Assembly: GCA_945882015.1 (NCBI GenBank)
Contig: CAMCVM010000002.1
Coordinates: 51,116-115,115, forward strand
Length of the DNA: 64,000 bases
Origin: a candidate division TM6 bacterium GW2011_GWF2_32_72
GTDB lineage: Bacteria; Babelota; Babeliae; Babelales; CAIQNR01
Reading direction: 5' to 3'
In this document: piece by piece, positions 9,214 to 19,310 of the stretch
Layout of the letters: every line of letters starts with the position of its first letter
Position numbering within the stretch: the first letter of the stretch is position 1
Translations under genes and position numbers: made by a program
The notes under the pieces: model-generated
Told to the model about the DNA's origin: nothing
What the model saw: only the letters and a program-made list of their open reading frames with translations
Database searches by the model: none

Positions 9214-10395
9214 ATGGTAGCAATACCGTTACTCAAAAAAAGGAAATCGACAATGAAAAAAGCGCTTATCTTAAGTACAATATTACTATTATCTCATCAA
9301 AATACTTTTACTGCCGAAGCTGCTCAAGCTAATCCTAATGATGCTCAATTTAAACGTCTTGCTTCTTTTACTACAAACGGAAGTAGCAATTTTGCTTTGA
9401 GTCCCGATGGAACAACTATTGCAACGGCTAGGTTAGGTGCTCTTGCAGTTTTTAATACCACAACTAGAGAAGTCCAAGATTTAAATATTCCTGCACCTGA
9501 TGGCAGTAATAAAGGTTTTCTTGGAGTCTCTTTTGCCAATAGTGGCTCATTTGTTGGTAGCACTTACTATCCTGAAGTTTGGGATCCTAAAACAGGAAAG
9601 TGTTGGGTAGTTTACACTGAAAAAGAATCAAGTCAGTACGCTCGACTAAGTCCTAATGGAGACCAATTATTAACAATTGGAAGGACCCCTCCCGAGGTTC
9701 GTAATATTCCTGTAATTTTGACCGCTAGGATCTGGGATACTCAAACAAAAAAGCCTCTTTGTGTTTTAAGTGCTGACGTAAGATTGGGACTCTTGGGCCC
9801 TGATGATAATTTTTGGAGTGATAATGGAAAGCTTGTTGCACTTCCATTAGAAGATACTATTGGAGTTTGGGAAAGCAATAACCCTAAAGCCTTACATATG
9901 CTAAGGCCTACAGGATTAGTTACCGCAACTGCTTTTAGTCCGGATCAAACAATGCTTGCGAGTGCATCATATAATAACGCTATCAACGTTTGGTGTCTTA
10001 AAACAGGAAACTGTTTAAACGTTTTAGAGGGTCACACCCAAAGATGTCGCAACATTTTTTTCACCGAAGATGAGCAGCAAATTATAACTCCTTCGCTTGA
10101 TGGAACAGTCAGAGTCTGGAACCCTCAAACAGGCGAATGTTTAAAGGTTTTAAAAGGGCACAAAAGGGCAATTATTTCAGCTGATTTTTGTCAAAAAACA
10201 GGAACACTTGCAACTGGATCACAGGATAAAACGGTTAGGATTTGGGATGTTAACACAGGAAAGCTCTTACAAAGAGTGCCTTGCTCAGGCTGGGTTGATC
10301 AAGTTGCTTTTGATGAAAGGGGAGAAACGCTGGCAATTGGTTCAGGTAAACTTGATACGTTTATGACTATTCAAGTTTTAAAGAAAACTAAGTAA
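9214..10395 (+). CDS. secreted WD40-repeat protein (tandem paralogue 1)
   Basis: Basic plus hydrophobic leader KKRKSTMKKALILSTILLLSHQNTFTAEA. Classic WD40 units follow (GH...DGTVRVWNPQTGECLKVLKGH...SQDKTVRIWDVNTG). Confidence 0.8.
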   Translation: MVAIPLLKKRKSTMKKALILSTILLLSHQNTFTAEAAQANPNDAQFKRLASFTTNGSSNFALSPDGTTIATARLGALAVFNTTTREVQDLNIPAPDGSNKGFLGVSFANSGSFVGSTYYPEVWDPKTGKCWVVYTEKESSQYARLSPNGDQLLTIGRTPPEVRNIPVILTARIWDTQTKKPLCVLSADVRLGLLGPDDNFWSDNGKLVALPLEDTIGVWESNNPKALHMLRPTGLVTATAFSPDQTMLASASYNNAINVWCLKTGNCLNVLEGHTQRCRNIFFTEDEQQIITPSLDGTVRVWNPQTGECLKVLKGHKRAIISADFCQKTGTLATGSQDKTVRIWDVNTGKLLQRVPCSGWVDQVAFDERGETLAIGSGKLDTFMTIQVLKKTK

Positions 10396-10400
10396 AAAAC

Positions 10401-11858
10401 ATGATTAATAGGGTATTTGGTAAAAAAAGGAAATCAATAGCAAAAAAAGTGATTATCTTAAGTACAATATTACTATTATCTCATCAAGGCATTTTTACTG
10501 CCGAAGGTGAAACTTTTGCTAAAAGGCCTCAATTGGTACCTGTTGTTTCTTTTAAGAGCAAAAATGAGAATTTTGCTTTGAGCCCTAATGGAGGAACACT
10601 TGCAATGACCGATTCAGGCCGACTTACAATTCTCAATCTTGAAGCGAGAAACTGCGAAGAATTACGTGCTCCAGCCCCTCAGGGCTACAACAAATATTTC
10701 ACAGCTGTCTCTTTTGCTGACAACAACAACAGACTTTTAGTTATTTCTTCCCGCCCTGAAATCTGGGATCTTAAAACAAAAACATGTTTATGGGTCGTGC
10801 AAAATACAACAAAAGTTTGCCATGCTCAGCTAAGTCCTGATGGAAAGAACTTATTAACAATTGAAGAAACCGCTGCTACAGTCTGGAATGTTGATAAAAA
10901 AAAACCTCTTTATCGTTTAGAAGAAGCTATAGAATCGTACTTTTTAAATACTCATAATTCTTTTTGGAGTAATAATGGAAAGCTTATTGCGCTTCCAACA
11001 TCAAAAGATTTTGCTGTTATAGTTTTTAGTGATGATGGATCTAAAACCCCACGCACTTTATCAGGACATACAAGAGAAGTTATTTCAGTTGCTTTTAGTC
11101 CGAATCAAACAATGCTTGCGACTGCATCATTTGATAAAACTATTAGACTTTGCTGCCTTGAAACAGGAAACTGTTTAAACGTTTTAGAGGGTCACACCAA
11201 ATTATGTCCTAACATGTTTTTCACCGAAGATGAGCAGCAAGTTATAACTCCTTCGGTTGATGGAACAGTCAGAGTCTGGGACCCTCAAACAGGCCAATGT
11301 TTAAAGGTTTTAGAAGGGCACGAACAGGTAATTACTACAAGTGCATTTTGTCCAAAAACAGGAATGCTTGTTACTGGATCACGGGATAAAACGGTTAGGA
11401 TTTGGGATGTTGAAGGAGAGCTCTTACAAATTGTGCCTTGCTCAAGCTGTGTTGATAAAGTTGCTTTCAATGAAGATGGAACAATGCTAGCAATTGGTTC
11501 AGGTAAAAATAGTAAGTCAGCTATGACTATTCAAGTTTTTACTCTCTTGCAACCTAAAAATACATATTTTGAGTTACTTGATAGTATCTTAGATAAGAGT
11601 CAACCTTATAGTGAAAGATCAAAAAAAGAACTTTCAGATTTACGAAAAAAAGAACAAGATAAAAAAGTAACCATAGAAAGATTGTGGCAGTTATTTGGCA
11701 CACAAATAAACTCCCCTGAGTTTGATATTGATAAAGCACAATTATTACTCCGTCAGCTTGAATATTTAGGAGTGGTAATTCCAGAAGAAGTGAATCGACT
11801 CATGCTGCAGAATACCCCTGACGACAAATTATTCCCATTAAACGAACAAAGAAAATAA
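10401..11858 (+). CDS. secreted WD40-repeat protein (tandem paralogue 2, with about 90-aa C-terminal extension)
   Basis: The leader KKRKSIAKKVIILSTILLLSHQGIFTAEG contains a 33-nt stretch identical to paralogue 1 (10454-10486 = 9268-9300). WD40 units include DGTVRVWDPQTGQCLKVLEGH and SRDKTVRIWDV. An extra helical K/E-rich tail is present. Confidence 0.8.
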   Translation: MINRVFGKKRKSIAKKVIILSTILLLSHQGIFTAEGETFAKRPQLVPVVSFKSKNENFALSPNGGTLAMTDSGRLTILNLEARNCEELRAPAPQGYNKYFTAVSFADNNNRLLVISSRPEIWDLKTKTCLWVVQNTTKVCHAQLSPDGKNLLTIEETAATVWNVDKKKPLYRLEEAIESYFLNTHNSFWSNNGKLIALPTSKDFAVIVFSDDGSKTPRTLSGHTREVISVAFSPNQTMLATASFDKTIRLCCLETGNCLNVLEGHTKLCPNMFFTEDEQQVITPSVDGTVRVWDPQTGQCLKVLEGHEQVITTSAFCPKTGMLVTGSRDKTVRIWDVEGELLQIVPCSSCVDKVAFNEDGTMLAIGSGKNSKSAMTIQVFTLLQPKNTYFELLDSILDKSQPYSERSKKELSDLRKKEQDKKVTIERLWQLFGTQINSPEFDIDKAQLLLRQLEYLGVVIPEEVNRLMLQNTPDDKLFPLNEQRK

Positions 11859-11876
11859 TTAAAAAAAGGATTGATA

Positions 11877-13007
11877 ATGAAAGTTAAATTACTGTTTTTG
11901 CTGTCTATAGCTACCACTGAACTGTTTTCAGCTAGTGCTGGCCCCTCCGCTATAACTCGTGGGCGTGCCGACTATATTGCCCAATTTTTTTGTAACGATC
12001 ACCATGATCAAATGCCAGAACGACATCTAGTTTATTCGGGCGATAGACTTCTTGTGGCTGATCGCAGAGCTGTAAATGGGCCCGCAATTACACAAGTTAC
12101 TCATGAATTAAAAGTTATTCCTGAAACAAATTTTGACAGCAGAAGCCCCTTTAAGTCAAGATGGCCTGTTACTTCATTATTAAGCACGCAAGGCGGCAGT
12201 CTGATTATTGGCGCTACAGATTACACATCAGGACGCGGTACTTTAACTATTGTTCCTTCTTGGGCGGTAAAAGAAGAATTAACAAGGTATCTAGGTATTG
12301 AGTACTCACAAAGAGACCCTGGTGGCCGTCCAACTTGTAAACCCGCAACAGCTGGTGACCTATTTGCGTTTGGACACCGAACAGGAGTTAGATTACATAG
12401 AATCGATAATGGCACATGGGCAAACGATCAAAGTATAGATGAAAGTAAAGAGGGCCGTAAAAAGAAAGATTTTGAATGGGGCCTGGGTCATCTGACAGCG
12501 ACTGGAATAGATTCGTTAAGTTTTGCTGCCGATGATAATACTTGTTTAGCTGCATCTTTTAAACCAGAGGGGGAACCTAGTGTTGTAAAGGTTTTTGATT
12601 TAGCACAATCAAAAATTCAATCGACTATTGAACCTGCTGACGCAGAAAATTTATCAAGCAAAAAAAAAGCAATATTTTCTCCTGAAGATCCAAATCTTTT
12701 AGCGGTTGTTGGGGCTGCTGCTGTAAACTTGTATGATCTAAGAAACAAGAAAAAGGAACCAGTCACAGCAATTGAATTTCATACTCATCAGGAACCAACT
12801 TCTTGCAGTTGGGATAGCGAAACAAGACTCATTGTAACTTCAAGCCCCAATCAAGTAATGGTAATTAATCCAAAAACTACGGATTATTTCTGTTTTGAAT
12901 TACTCAAAGACAACCATCCTAACGCAACAGCACTTGTACCCAAGGATGGAAAAGGTGATCTTTTCGTGGCAGGAACTCAACACCTTCATAGAATAGAATT
13001 ACCCTGA
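11877..13007 (+). CDS. secreted hypothetical protein, possibly a divergent beta-propeller
   Basis: ATG 11877 is preceded by an aaagga SD (track ORF uses TTG 11871). Signal peptide MKVKLLFLLSIATTELFSASAG. Repeated beta-strand-like ends (VVKVFDL, AVNLYDL, VMVINP) occur, but there are no clean WD motifs. Confidence 0.5.
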   Translation: MKVKLLFLLSIATTELFSASAGPSAITRGRADYIAQFFCNDHHDQMPERHLVYSGDRLLVADRRAVNGPAITQVTHELKVIPETNFDSRSPFKSRWPVTSLLSTQGGSLIIGATDYTSGRGTLTIVPSWAVKEELTRYLGIEYSQRDPGGRPTCKPATAGDLFAFGHRTGVRLHRIDNGTWANDQSIDESKEGRKKKDFEWGLGHLTATGIDSLSFAADDNTCLAASFKPEGEPSVVKVFDLAQSKIQSTIEPADAENLSSKKKAIFSPEDPNLLAVVGAAAVNLYDLRNKKKEPVTAIEFHTHQEPTSCSWDSETRLIVTSSPNQVMVINPKTTDYFCFELLKDNHPNATALVPKDGKGDLFVAGTQHLHRIELP

Positions 13008-13028
13008 AATAAAAGTTTAACAATGATC

Positions 13029-13081
13029 CTCGATTTGATGCGTTAGTTCAAGAAGCGCTTGATGAACTGCATTAAATCGAG
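13029..13081. other. 53-nt imperfect palindrome / long hairpin in an intergenic region
   Basis: ctcgatttgatgc...agttca..aagcgctt..tgaact..gcattaaatcgag, centred on agcgct. The outer 13-bp arms have one mismatch and the inner agttca/tgaact arms pair. A T5 run follows about 10 nt downstream (13092-13096). Confidence 0.35.
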
Positions 13082-13153
13082 CGTTGCTTGATTTTTATCA
13101 GGCTTTGTGCGTAAGATTTTCATGATCATTGCCGTTACTTAAAAAGGAAGTTC

Positions 13154-14122
13154 ATGAAAAAGTTTTATCTACTCTTTTGTATTAATATTGTCACTGTTGC
13201 TCTTTCTGCTGCCGAAGCGGCTTCAGCATCTACCCTGCCTGATGGCGTTGCATTAACGAAAACCGTTCCACAACTTGCTTATTGCCCAGTTGGATACTTT
13301 GTTCTTCTGTCAGCAGAAAATGCAGCTTGGCAGGCAAACAAGAGTGCGTCCTTACACAGTAATTGCTGGAAAATGGCCAAACCCATGATTTTTGATACTG
13401 ACTATTTAGGTATTTTTGTTCCAAACGCACTTCAAGACCCTAATAACTTGCGTTACTTAAACCAGCCGATAGAATACGTAGCAGAAATGGTTATAAAACG
13501 TAACGGTCACAAGCTACCTACAGACCCTGAAGCACTACTTGCTATGGAGCTTAAAACCACATTAACAACAAAAATGACGATGAAAGTAGGACCTTTACCC
13601 CTTTGCTACGCAATACAATGCCTTGTAAATACTTGCTGGACAGAACCAGCATACAATGTCCCAGAACGAAGAGGCGCTGTCATAGAAACATTTACTACTC
13701 TTGCTCAAAACACTTACCCTAACTTACTTGCGCACAAGCCAGTCAAAGGTAAAACTTGTTATGGCCCTTTAGGCTTTGCTCTTAACAAAATTTTTGAAAA
13801 AAAAGGAACAGACAAACCAAATCTTCCTGATATCCTTATTGATATGATAAAAATTCTTATCAGACATCATCCTTTGGTTGGCAAAGTTCAAGGAGACCCT
13901 GAAAAATCAGAATCTGCACTCGTATCACCTTTTGATTTGTTAACTGAGCTGCACCTTCAGCACGATAAAAGCACTATTACTCATCAAATAGCCGCTCTTT
14001 TTTTAGTACATAATATGCAAGTTTTTAGCCCATTTGAAGATAAAAGGTTATTTGAAACCAAAAATAAACTTACTGGCCTTGCCGAAGTAAAAGCATGGAT
14101 AGAAAAGTATAAATCTTGTTGA
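13154..14122 (+). CDS. secreted hypothetical protein (322 aa)
   Basis: aaaaaggaag SD upstream. Signal peptide MKKFYLLFCINIVTVALSAAEAASA. No family motif recognised. Confidence 0.55.
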   Translation: MKKFYLLFCINIVTVALSAAEAASASTLPDGVALTKTVPQLAYCPVGYFVLLSAENAAWQANKSASLHSNCWKMAKPMIFDTDYLGIFVPNALQDPNNLRYLNQPIEYVAEMVIKRNGHKLPTDPEALLAMELKTTLTTKMTMKVGPLPLCYAIQCLVNTCWTEPAYNVPERRGAVIETFTTLAQNTYPNLLAHKPVKGKTCYGPLGFALNKIFEKKGTDKPNLPDILIDMIKILIRHHPLVGKVQGDPEKSESALVSPFDLLTELHLQHDKSTITHQIAALFLVHNMQVFSPFEDKRLFETKNKLTGLAEVKAWIEKYKSC

Positions 14123-14196
14123 CTTTTGTTCTGATCGAGTTATGACTAATCTTATACTGCACTTGGCCACAACCAACTTTATACAAAGGTTAGCGT

Positions 14197-16302
14197 ATGA
14201 AACCAGAACATAAAGAACTTTTACAAAAATACACCCAAAATTTGACCGACCTTGCACGAAAAAGAAAACTTGACCCAGTAATTGGCCGACATGAAGAAAT
14301 CCGCCGAGTGATTCAAATCCTTTCCCGCAGGACCAAAAATAATCCGGTACTGATTGGTCAGCCCGGGGTTGGTAAAACTGCAATTGTTGAAGGCATTGCC
14401 CAACGAATTGTCCACAATGATGTTCCAGAAAGTTTAGCCGGCAAAGAGATTTTTTCACTTGATTTAGGGCTTTTAGTTGCTGGTGCAAAATACCAAGGTG
14501 AGTTTGAAGAACGCATAAAAAATATTTTAAAAGCGGTCGAAGAAGCGCAAGATACGGTGATTCTTTTCATTGATGAACTGCATATGCTGGTTGGAGCTGG
14601 TTCAAGTGGCGGTGGTATGGATGCTTCTAACCTTTTAAAACCTGCCCTTGCTCGTGGTTTATTGCATTGTATTGGCGCAACCACACTAAAAGAATATAAA
14701 CAGTACATTGAAAAAGATGCGGCACTTGAGCGTCGTTTTCAACCAGTGTATGTTGAAGAACCAACACCTGAAGACGCACTTTCTATCTTGAGAGGACTTA
14801 AAGAACGATACGAACTGCATCACGGTATAAAAATTAAAGACCAGGCACTGGTTAATGCGGTTGAACTTTCAACCAAAAATATTCCTGATCGGTTTTTACC
14901 TGACAAAGCAATTGATTTGATAGATGAAGCTGCATCAATGGTAAGAATGTCTATTGACTCACAACCGGAAGCACTTGATAAATTAGAACGTAAAGTCAGC
15001 CAACTTGAAATTGAAAAAGTTGCATTAGCTAAAGAAAAAGATGAACTTTCTAAAAGACGTTTAATAGAACTTGAAAAAGAGTTAATCGATTTAAAAGAAC
15101 AACAAAGTCAGTTGTTCAATCAATGGAAAGCCGAAAAAGCACCGCTTGAAAAAATTAACAAACTCAAAGAAGGAATCGATGCGGCACATTACCAATATAC
15201 CTTAGCAGAACGTGCTGGTGACTTTGCAAAAGCTTCAGAAATTAAATATGGCAAATTGATGCAACTAGAAAAACAACTTGAAGAACAGCAGACTGCTTTG
15301 CAGAATTTAAAAACATCATTAGTCAAACAAGAAGTTGATGAGCATGATATTGCAGCAGTTCTTGCTCGTTGGACAAAAATCCCCACTGAAAAATTGCAGC
15401 AAAGTGAACATGAAAAACTGTTACATATGCAGGCTCATTTAGAAGAAAAAGTAGTAGGACAAAAGCAAGCAGTTGAAAAAGTAACGCAAGCTATTCAAAT
15501 GCATCGAGCTGGTCTGACCGACCCTAATCGACCAATCGGTTCATTTATCTTTTTAGGGCCGACAGGGGTTGGTAAAACTGAAGTGGCAAAATCACTTGCT
15601 GATTTTTTATTTAATGACCCACGCAAAATGATCCGAATTGATATGTCTGAATATATGGAAAAACATGCGGTCGCTCGATTGATTGGAGCCCCTCCGGGGT
15701 ACATTGGTTATGAGCAAGGTGGCCAACTGACTGAAGAAGTTCGACGCAATCCGTATTCAGTTATCTTGTTTGATGAAATTGAAAAAGCACACCCTGATGT
15801 CTTTAATATCTTTTTACAAATCCTTGATGAAGGACATTTAACTGACGGACAAGGCAGAAAAATTTCGTTTAAAAACACGATTATTATTATGACCTGCAAT
15901 ATCGGAGCGCAACTAATTCTTGAAGCAAAAACTATTACTGAAAAAGTTAAAGCAGCAGTTGATGATTTACTTAAAAAAACCTTTAAACCTGAGTTTTTAA
16001 ATCGTATTGATGCAATTGTATTTTTTAATAAGTTACAAGAAACAGACATTCAAGCAATTACCAAAATTCAACTGGAAGAACTGACTAAAAGGTTGCGTAC
16101 TAAAAACATCAAGGTAACATTTGACAAAGGGGTTATTGAGCAATTAACCCACCTAGGGTATGACCCAGAATTTGGGGCACGCCCCTTAAAACGAACTATT
16201 CAAGAATATGTCACTGTCCCTTTGTCGCAAGCCCTGCTAAGTAATCCAGATAAAAAAGAATTTTCTGTTGATTTGAAAAATGATCAGTTTTTAATTACCT
16301 AA
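14197..16302 (+). CDS. clpB: ClpB disaggregase lacking the N-terminal domain (701 aa)
   Basis: Collinear with E. coli ClpB from about residue 155 ([61 protein letters not shown]). Both Walker A motifs are present ([16 protein letters not shown]), as are the coiled-coil M-domain and the GARPLKR sensor motif. Confidence 0.9.
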   Translation: MKPEHKELLQKYTQNLTDLARKRKLDPVIGRHEEIRRVIQILSRRTKNNPVLIGQPGVGKTAIVEGIAQRIVHNDVPESLAGKEIFSLDLGLLVAGAKYQGEFEERIKNILKAVEEAQDTVILFIDELHMLVGAGSSGGGMDASNLLKPALARGLLHCIGATTLKEYKQYIEKDAALERRFQPVYVEEPTPEDALSILRGLKERYELHHGIKIKDQALVNAVELSTKNIPDRFLPDKAIDLIDEAASMVRMSIDSQPEALDKLERKVSQLEIEKVALAKEKDELSKRRLIELEKELIDLKEQQSQLFNQWKAEKAPLEKINKLKEGIDAAHYQYTLAERAGDFAKASEIKYGKLMQLEKQLEEQQTALQNLKTSLVKQEVDEHDIAAVLARWTKIPTEKLQQSEHEKLLHMQAHLEEKVVGQKQAVEKVTQAIQMHRAGLTDPNRPIGSFIFLGPTGVGKTEVAKSLADFLFNDPRKMIRIDMSEYMEKHAVARLIGAPPGYIGYEQGGQLTEEVRRNPYSVILFDEIEKAHPDVFNIFLQILDEGHLTDGQGRKISFKNTIIIMTCNIGAQLILEAKTITEKVKAAVDDLLKKTFKPEFLNRIDAIVFFNKLQETDIQAITKIQLEELTKRLRTKNIKVTFDKGVIEQLTHLGYDPEFGARPLKRTIQEYVTVPLSQALLSNPDKKEFSVDLKNDQFLIT

Positions 16303-16323
16303 CAAAGATCAAGAAGTTATTAA

Positions 16324-16364
16324 AAAAGAGTTTGAATAAAAAGTATTTTTATTCAAACTCTTTT
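16324..16364. terminator. bidirectional intrinsic terminator between convergent genes
   Basis: Perfect 19-bp stem (16324-16342 aaaagagtttgaataaaaa pairing with 16346-16364 tttttattcaaactctttt) and a gta loop. A/T runs flank both sides. Confidence 0.7.
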
Positions 16365-16381
16365 AAAAAAATCAAAAAATT

Positions 16382-16804
16382 TTAAGCGGCTGCATTACGC
16401 AATAACAATTCATCAGGATTAAAATCATTTGAATGAGTTATTGCATAATTTCCAGCACGTGTTTGACGTAACCAACAACATTTACGCAAATAATTATGAG
16501 GGAAGTTGTGAGGCAATGTTCCATTGAGTAAATATTGGTCCCAACCATACGGCCCAGGAACTAACACATAAACATCACCAATATGCAAAGTGTCAATATT
16601 AACAGGAGCATTGTTAGTTATTTGAATGGTTTGCACAGATCGAGTTGATCGATTATTACAAGTGCAATCATGTTGAACAATAGTGTGCTTCTCTGTTTTT
16701 TCAACCACTTGCCAACCTGGACATTTATCTGTTAATGCTAATTCTGAACGAGCCTGAAGGAAAGCAACTGAAAAAAAAGCGATAGCCAATAATTTAAGAT
16801 TCAT
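16382..16804 (-). CDS. small secreted Cys-containing hypothetical protein (140 aa)
   Basis: Signal peptide MNLKLLAIAFFSVAFLQA. Six Cys residues in the mature part. The ORF is bounded by the terminator on one side and an AT-rich promoter region on the other. Confidence 0.55.
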   Translation of the reverse strand: MNLKLLAIAFFSVAFLQARSELALTDKCPGWQVVEKTEKHTIVQHDCTCNNRSTRSVQTIQITNNAPVNIDTLHIGDVYVLVPGPYGWDQYLLNGTLPHNFPHNYLRKCCWLRQTRAGNYAITHSNDFNPDELLLRNAAA

Positions 16805-16918
16805 TAAAATCCTTTCTTATTAAAAATTATTATCGGCGTTATTTTATAATAAAAAACAAATTGCCACAATTATATTATTTTTTTATGGTTAAAAATATCA
16901 CAACAATAAGGAAACTTT

Positions 16919-17626
16919 ATGAAGCTTTTAGTTGCAAATTGGAAAATGAATCTTACGGTCCATCAAACCCTTGATTGGTGCCAGAACTATTTAGAACTTT
17001 TTAAAGAAATTGATCATAAACTGATCATTTGCCCTTCGTATCCAGCGTTAACTGCTGTTTCACAGTTAATTAAAGACACTGATATTGCCTTATGCGGACA
17101 AAGTTGCTCAGAGCACCGTAACGGTTCATATACTGGTCAAGTTGACGCACAAAGCTTAGCGCAAGTAGGATGTTCTTATGTATTAGTTGGCCACTCTGAA
17201 GAACGAAATGCTTTTAATCTTACCAATGAACAAGTTGCACAAAAAGCATTGCGAGTGCTTGAAGCAGGAATGATTCCAATTATTTGCATTGGGGAACCTG
17301 AAACTGTTTATCAAGCGGGTAAAACGCAAGAATACCTTGAAGAACAGCTGTTTGATATTAAACGTGCATTTAATGGGGCCCCAGCTTATATTGCATATGA
17401 ACCGATATGGGCAATTGGAACAAGTAAAATCCCCACAAACGAAGAGCTGATAAAGATAGTTAACAATCTTAAATTATTTATTCAAGGATGCGCATTTCTA
17501 TACGGCGGCAGTGTTAATGCAGAAACAATCACACAATTGAATCAGATTAAAGATTTTTGTGGTTATTTAGTTGGGAATGCAAGTCTTGATGGTCACGAGC
17601 TGAAAAAGATGATGGAACTGCCTTAA
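16919..17626 (+). CDS. tpiA: triosephosphate isomerase
   Basis: Motifs LLVANWKMN, VLVGHSEER and AYEPIWAIGT. Confidence 0.9.
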   Translation: MKLLVANWKMNLTVHQTLDWCQNYLELFKEIDHKLIICPSYPALTAVSQLIKDTDIALCGQSCSEHRNGSYTGQVDAQSLAQVGCSYVLVGHSEERNAFNLTNEQVAQKALRVLEAGMIPIICIGEPETVYQAGKTQEYLEEQLFDIKRAFNGAPAYIAYEPIWAIGTSKIPTNEELIKIVNNLKLFIQGCAFLYGGSVNAETITQLNQIKDFCGYLVGNASLDGHELKKMMELP

Positions 17627-17629
17627 TCT

Positions 17630-19174
17630 TTATTTATAAAGTAGTCGCTTATAAAGATCTACCACTGCTTCAATTGGCATTTTTTCAAGATCTTTCAAGG
17701 AAATCTTCTGTCGATCAAGCCGACGTCGCCACAGTACAAGGTCGTTATCCTGAGAAAGGGTAAACAGTGTTTTGCCGTCTTCTGAAAATACTGTACACTT
17801 TAGTGGGTCGTTAAGACCGACTGAATGGTGGCAATGAGTACACACTCCTGTCTGAACATCAGTTAATACAAACGCTCCCGACAGGAAAGAATTAATTAAT
17901 TGCTTTGCGTCTGGTGAAAATAGTAAAAAATATGAATCAGCAGACCTGCTGAAAGATTTAATAAACTCTTTTTTTTGATGATCCCATAACTCAACATTAC
18001 CATTTTCAAAAGCAATTGCTAAAAGTTCTCCATCACGAGATAAAGCAAAGTTCTTTACAGGTTCAGGTAGCATCAAATCACCGATAAATTGACTGTTTTG
18101 AGTATTCCATAAACTGATTTTAAAAAAACTATCTCGTGCCGCTACTAAGCATTTGGCAGGAGAAAAACAAATTTTATGATCACAAGTAACCGGTATAAAA
18201 AAATCGCTTACTCTTTTTGCTTCTTTGATGTCCCATATTGTTACTTGATTCCTGATAGAAGAAGTTACAACCCTTTCATCATCTACAAAATAAAAGACAC
18301 TTACTGGGGCATTATGGGGGAGTAGTACGTCAGGAGTGATTGATCCTGATTCGATTTCCCATAACTGCGCTTCATACTTGTTTGAAATTACTCCAAGTAG
18401 TCGCCCATTTGGAGAAAGTCTCATCGAATTTATGACCGAAGCATCCTTAGGATCCATGTAAACTTTTGCTCTATCAGATGGAGCTGCACAGTCTACAAGT
18501 GGGGCAGCAAAATCTTCTTTATTTTTTAAGACTTTAACTTCTCCATCGACTAAAACAACTATAATAGAGCTTCCATCAGGATTAGAGGCGATCGATTGAA
18601 CCTGTAATTGTTCCATCTTAGTCCTAGACCATCCTGCCGCCCAGCTATATAAATCTTCTGTTAGACGTTTTTTTAATAGTGGATTTTGGTTAATTGCTTT
18701 ATATGTTTCTTGATCTATTTCTTTTTCTATCTGCTGAGTAAACCTTTCAGCTAATTCATTATAAATAAGATTTAGTGATGAAAACGATTCCCCCCTCCAT
18801 GTCTGTGGTTTAATAATACAATATGCTGCTGTATTATACCAAAGTACTAAATTTCTTAAGTCCATATTATTTAATCTTTCTGGAAAACCTTCAGGATTTT
18901 GCGAAAACTTTGCTAATTCTTCTAATGCTAATCCATGAACTTTAGAACTAGGCAGTTCAATTGGGTTTTGATTATTAACAGAAGAACGTGAAGCTAAAGA
19001 AAAATCAAGCCGCTCAAAATGTTTTGCCGATACTCGAGGTAATCTGATTTCTTTTCCCCCTACATACACGGCAAGGAATTCCTCTTCTAATGATTCATTT
19101 TCTGCTGTATACAAAGCGAAAGTCCAAAAGAAAAATACAAACCCAGTGCGTACCATATGATTGATTGATTGCAT
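17630..19174 (-). CDS. WD40/beta-propeller protein with N-terminal hydrophobic leader and about 200-aa N-domain
   Basis: Leader VRTGFVFFFWTFALYTA. The C-terminal half has repeated propeller-blade endings (QVTIWDI, KISLWNT, NVELWDH, DLVLWRR). Confidence 0.65.
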   Translation of the reverse strand: MQSINHMVRTGFVFFFWTFALYTAENESLEEEFLAVYVGGKEIRLPRVSAKHFERLDFSLASRSSVNNQNPIELPSSKVHGLALEELAKFSQNPEGFPERLNNMDLRNLVLWYNTAAYCIIKPQTWRGESFSSLNLIYNELAERFTQQIEKEIDQETYKAINQNPLLKKRLTEDLYSWAAGWSRTKMEQLQVQSIASNPDGSSIIVVLVDGEVKVLKNKEDFAAPLVDCAAPSDRAKVYMDPKDASVINSMRLSPNGRLLGVISNKYEAQLWEIESGSITPDVLLPHNAPVSVFYFVDDERVVTSSIRNQVTIWDIKEAKRVSDFFIPVTCDHKICFSPAKCLVAARDSFFKISLWNTQNSQFIGDLMLPEPVKNFALSRDGELLAIAFENGNVELWDHQKKEFIKSFSRSADSYFLLFSPDAKQLINSFLSGAFVLTDVQTGVCTHCHHSVGLNDPLKCTVFSEDGKTLFTLSQDNDLVLWRRRLDRQKISLKDLEKMPIEAVVDLYKRLLYK

Positions 19175-19310
19175 CTCTTTCTATCCTTAAGTTTTTAAGC
19201 GTAATTTTTCTTTTTAAACTACTGACATTGTACGATAATTTTCAATTCTTGAAAAAAATAGTATTGTAAAGCAGACTAGTTGTAAAACAATACTATCATC
19301 GGAGTGCTTT

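Noticed and set aside
14048-14708. Antisense ORFs 14048..14488, 14221..14415 and 14358..14708 (-)
   Set aside because: They overlap the strongly supported clpB gene, or its 5' region, on the opposite strand. They have no motifs, so clpB explains the open frames.
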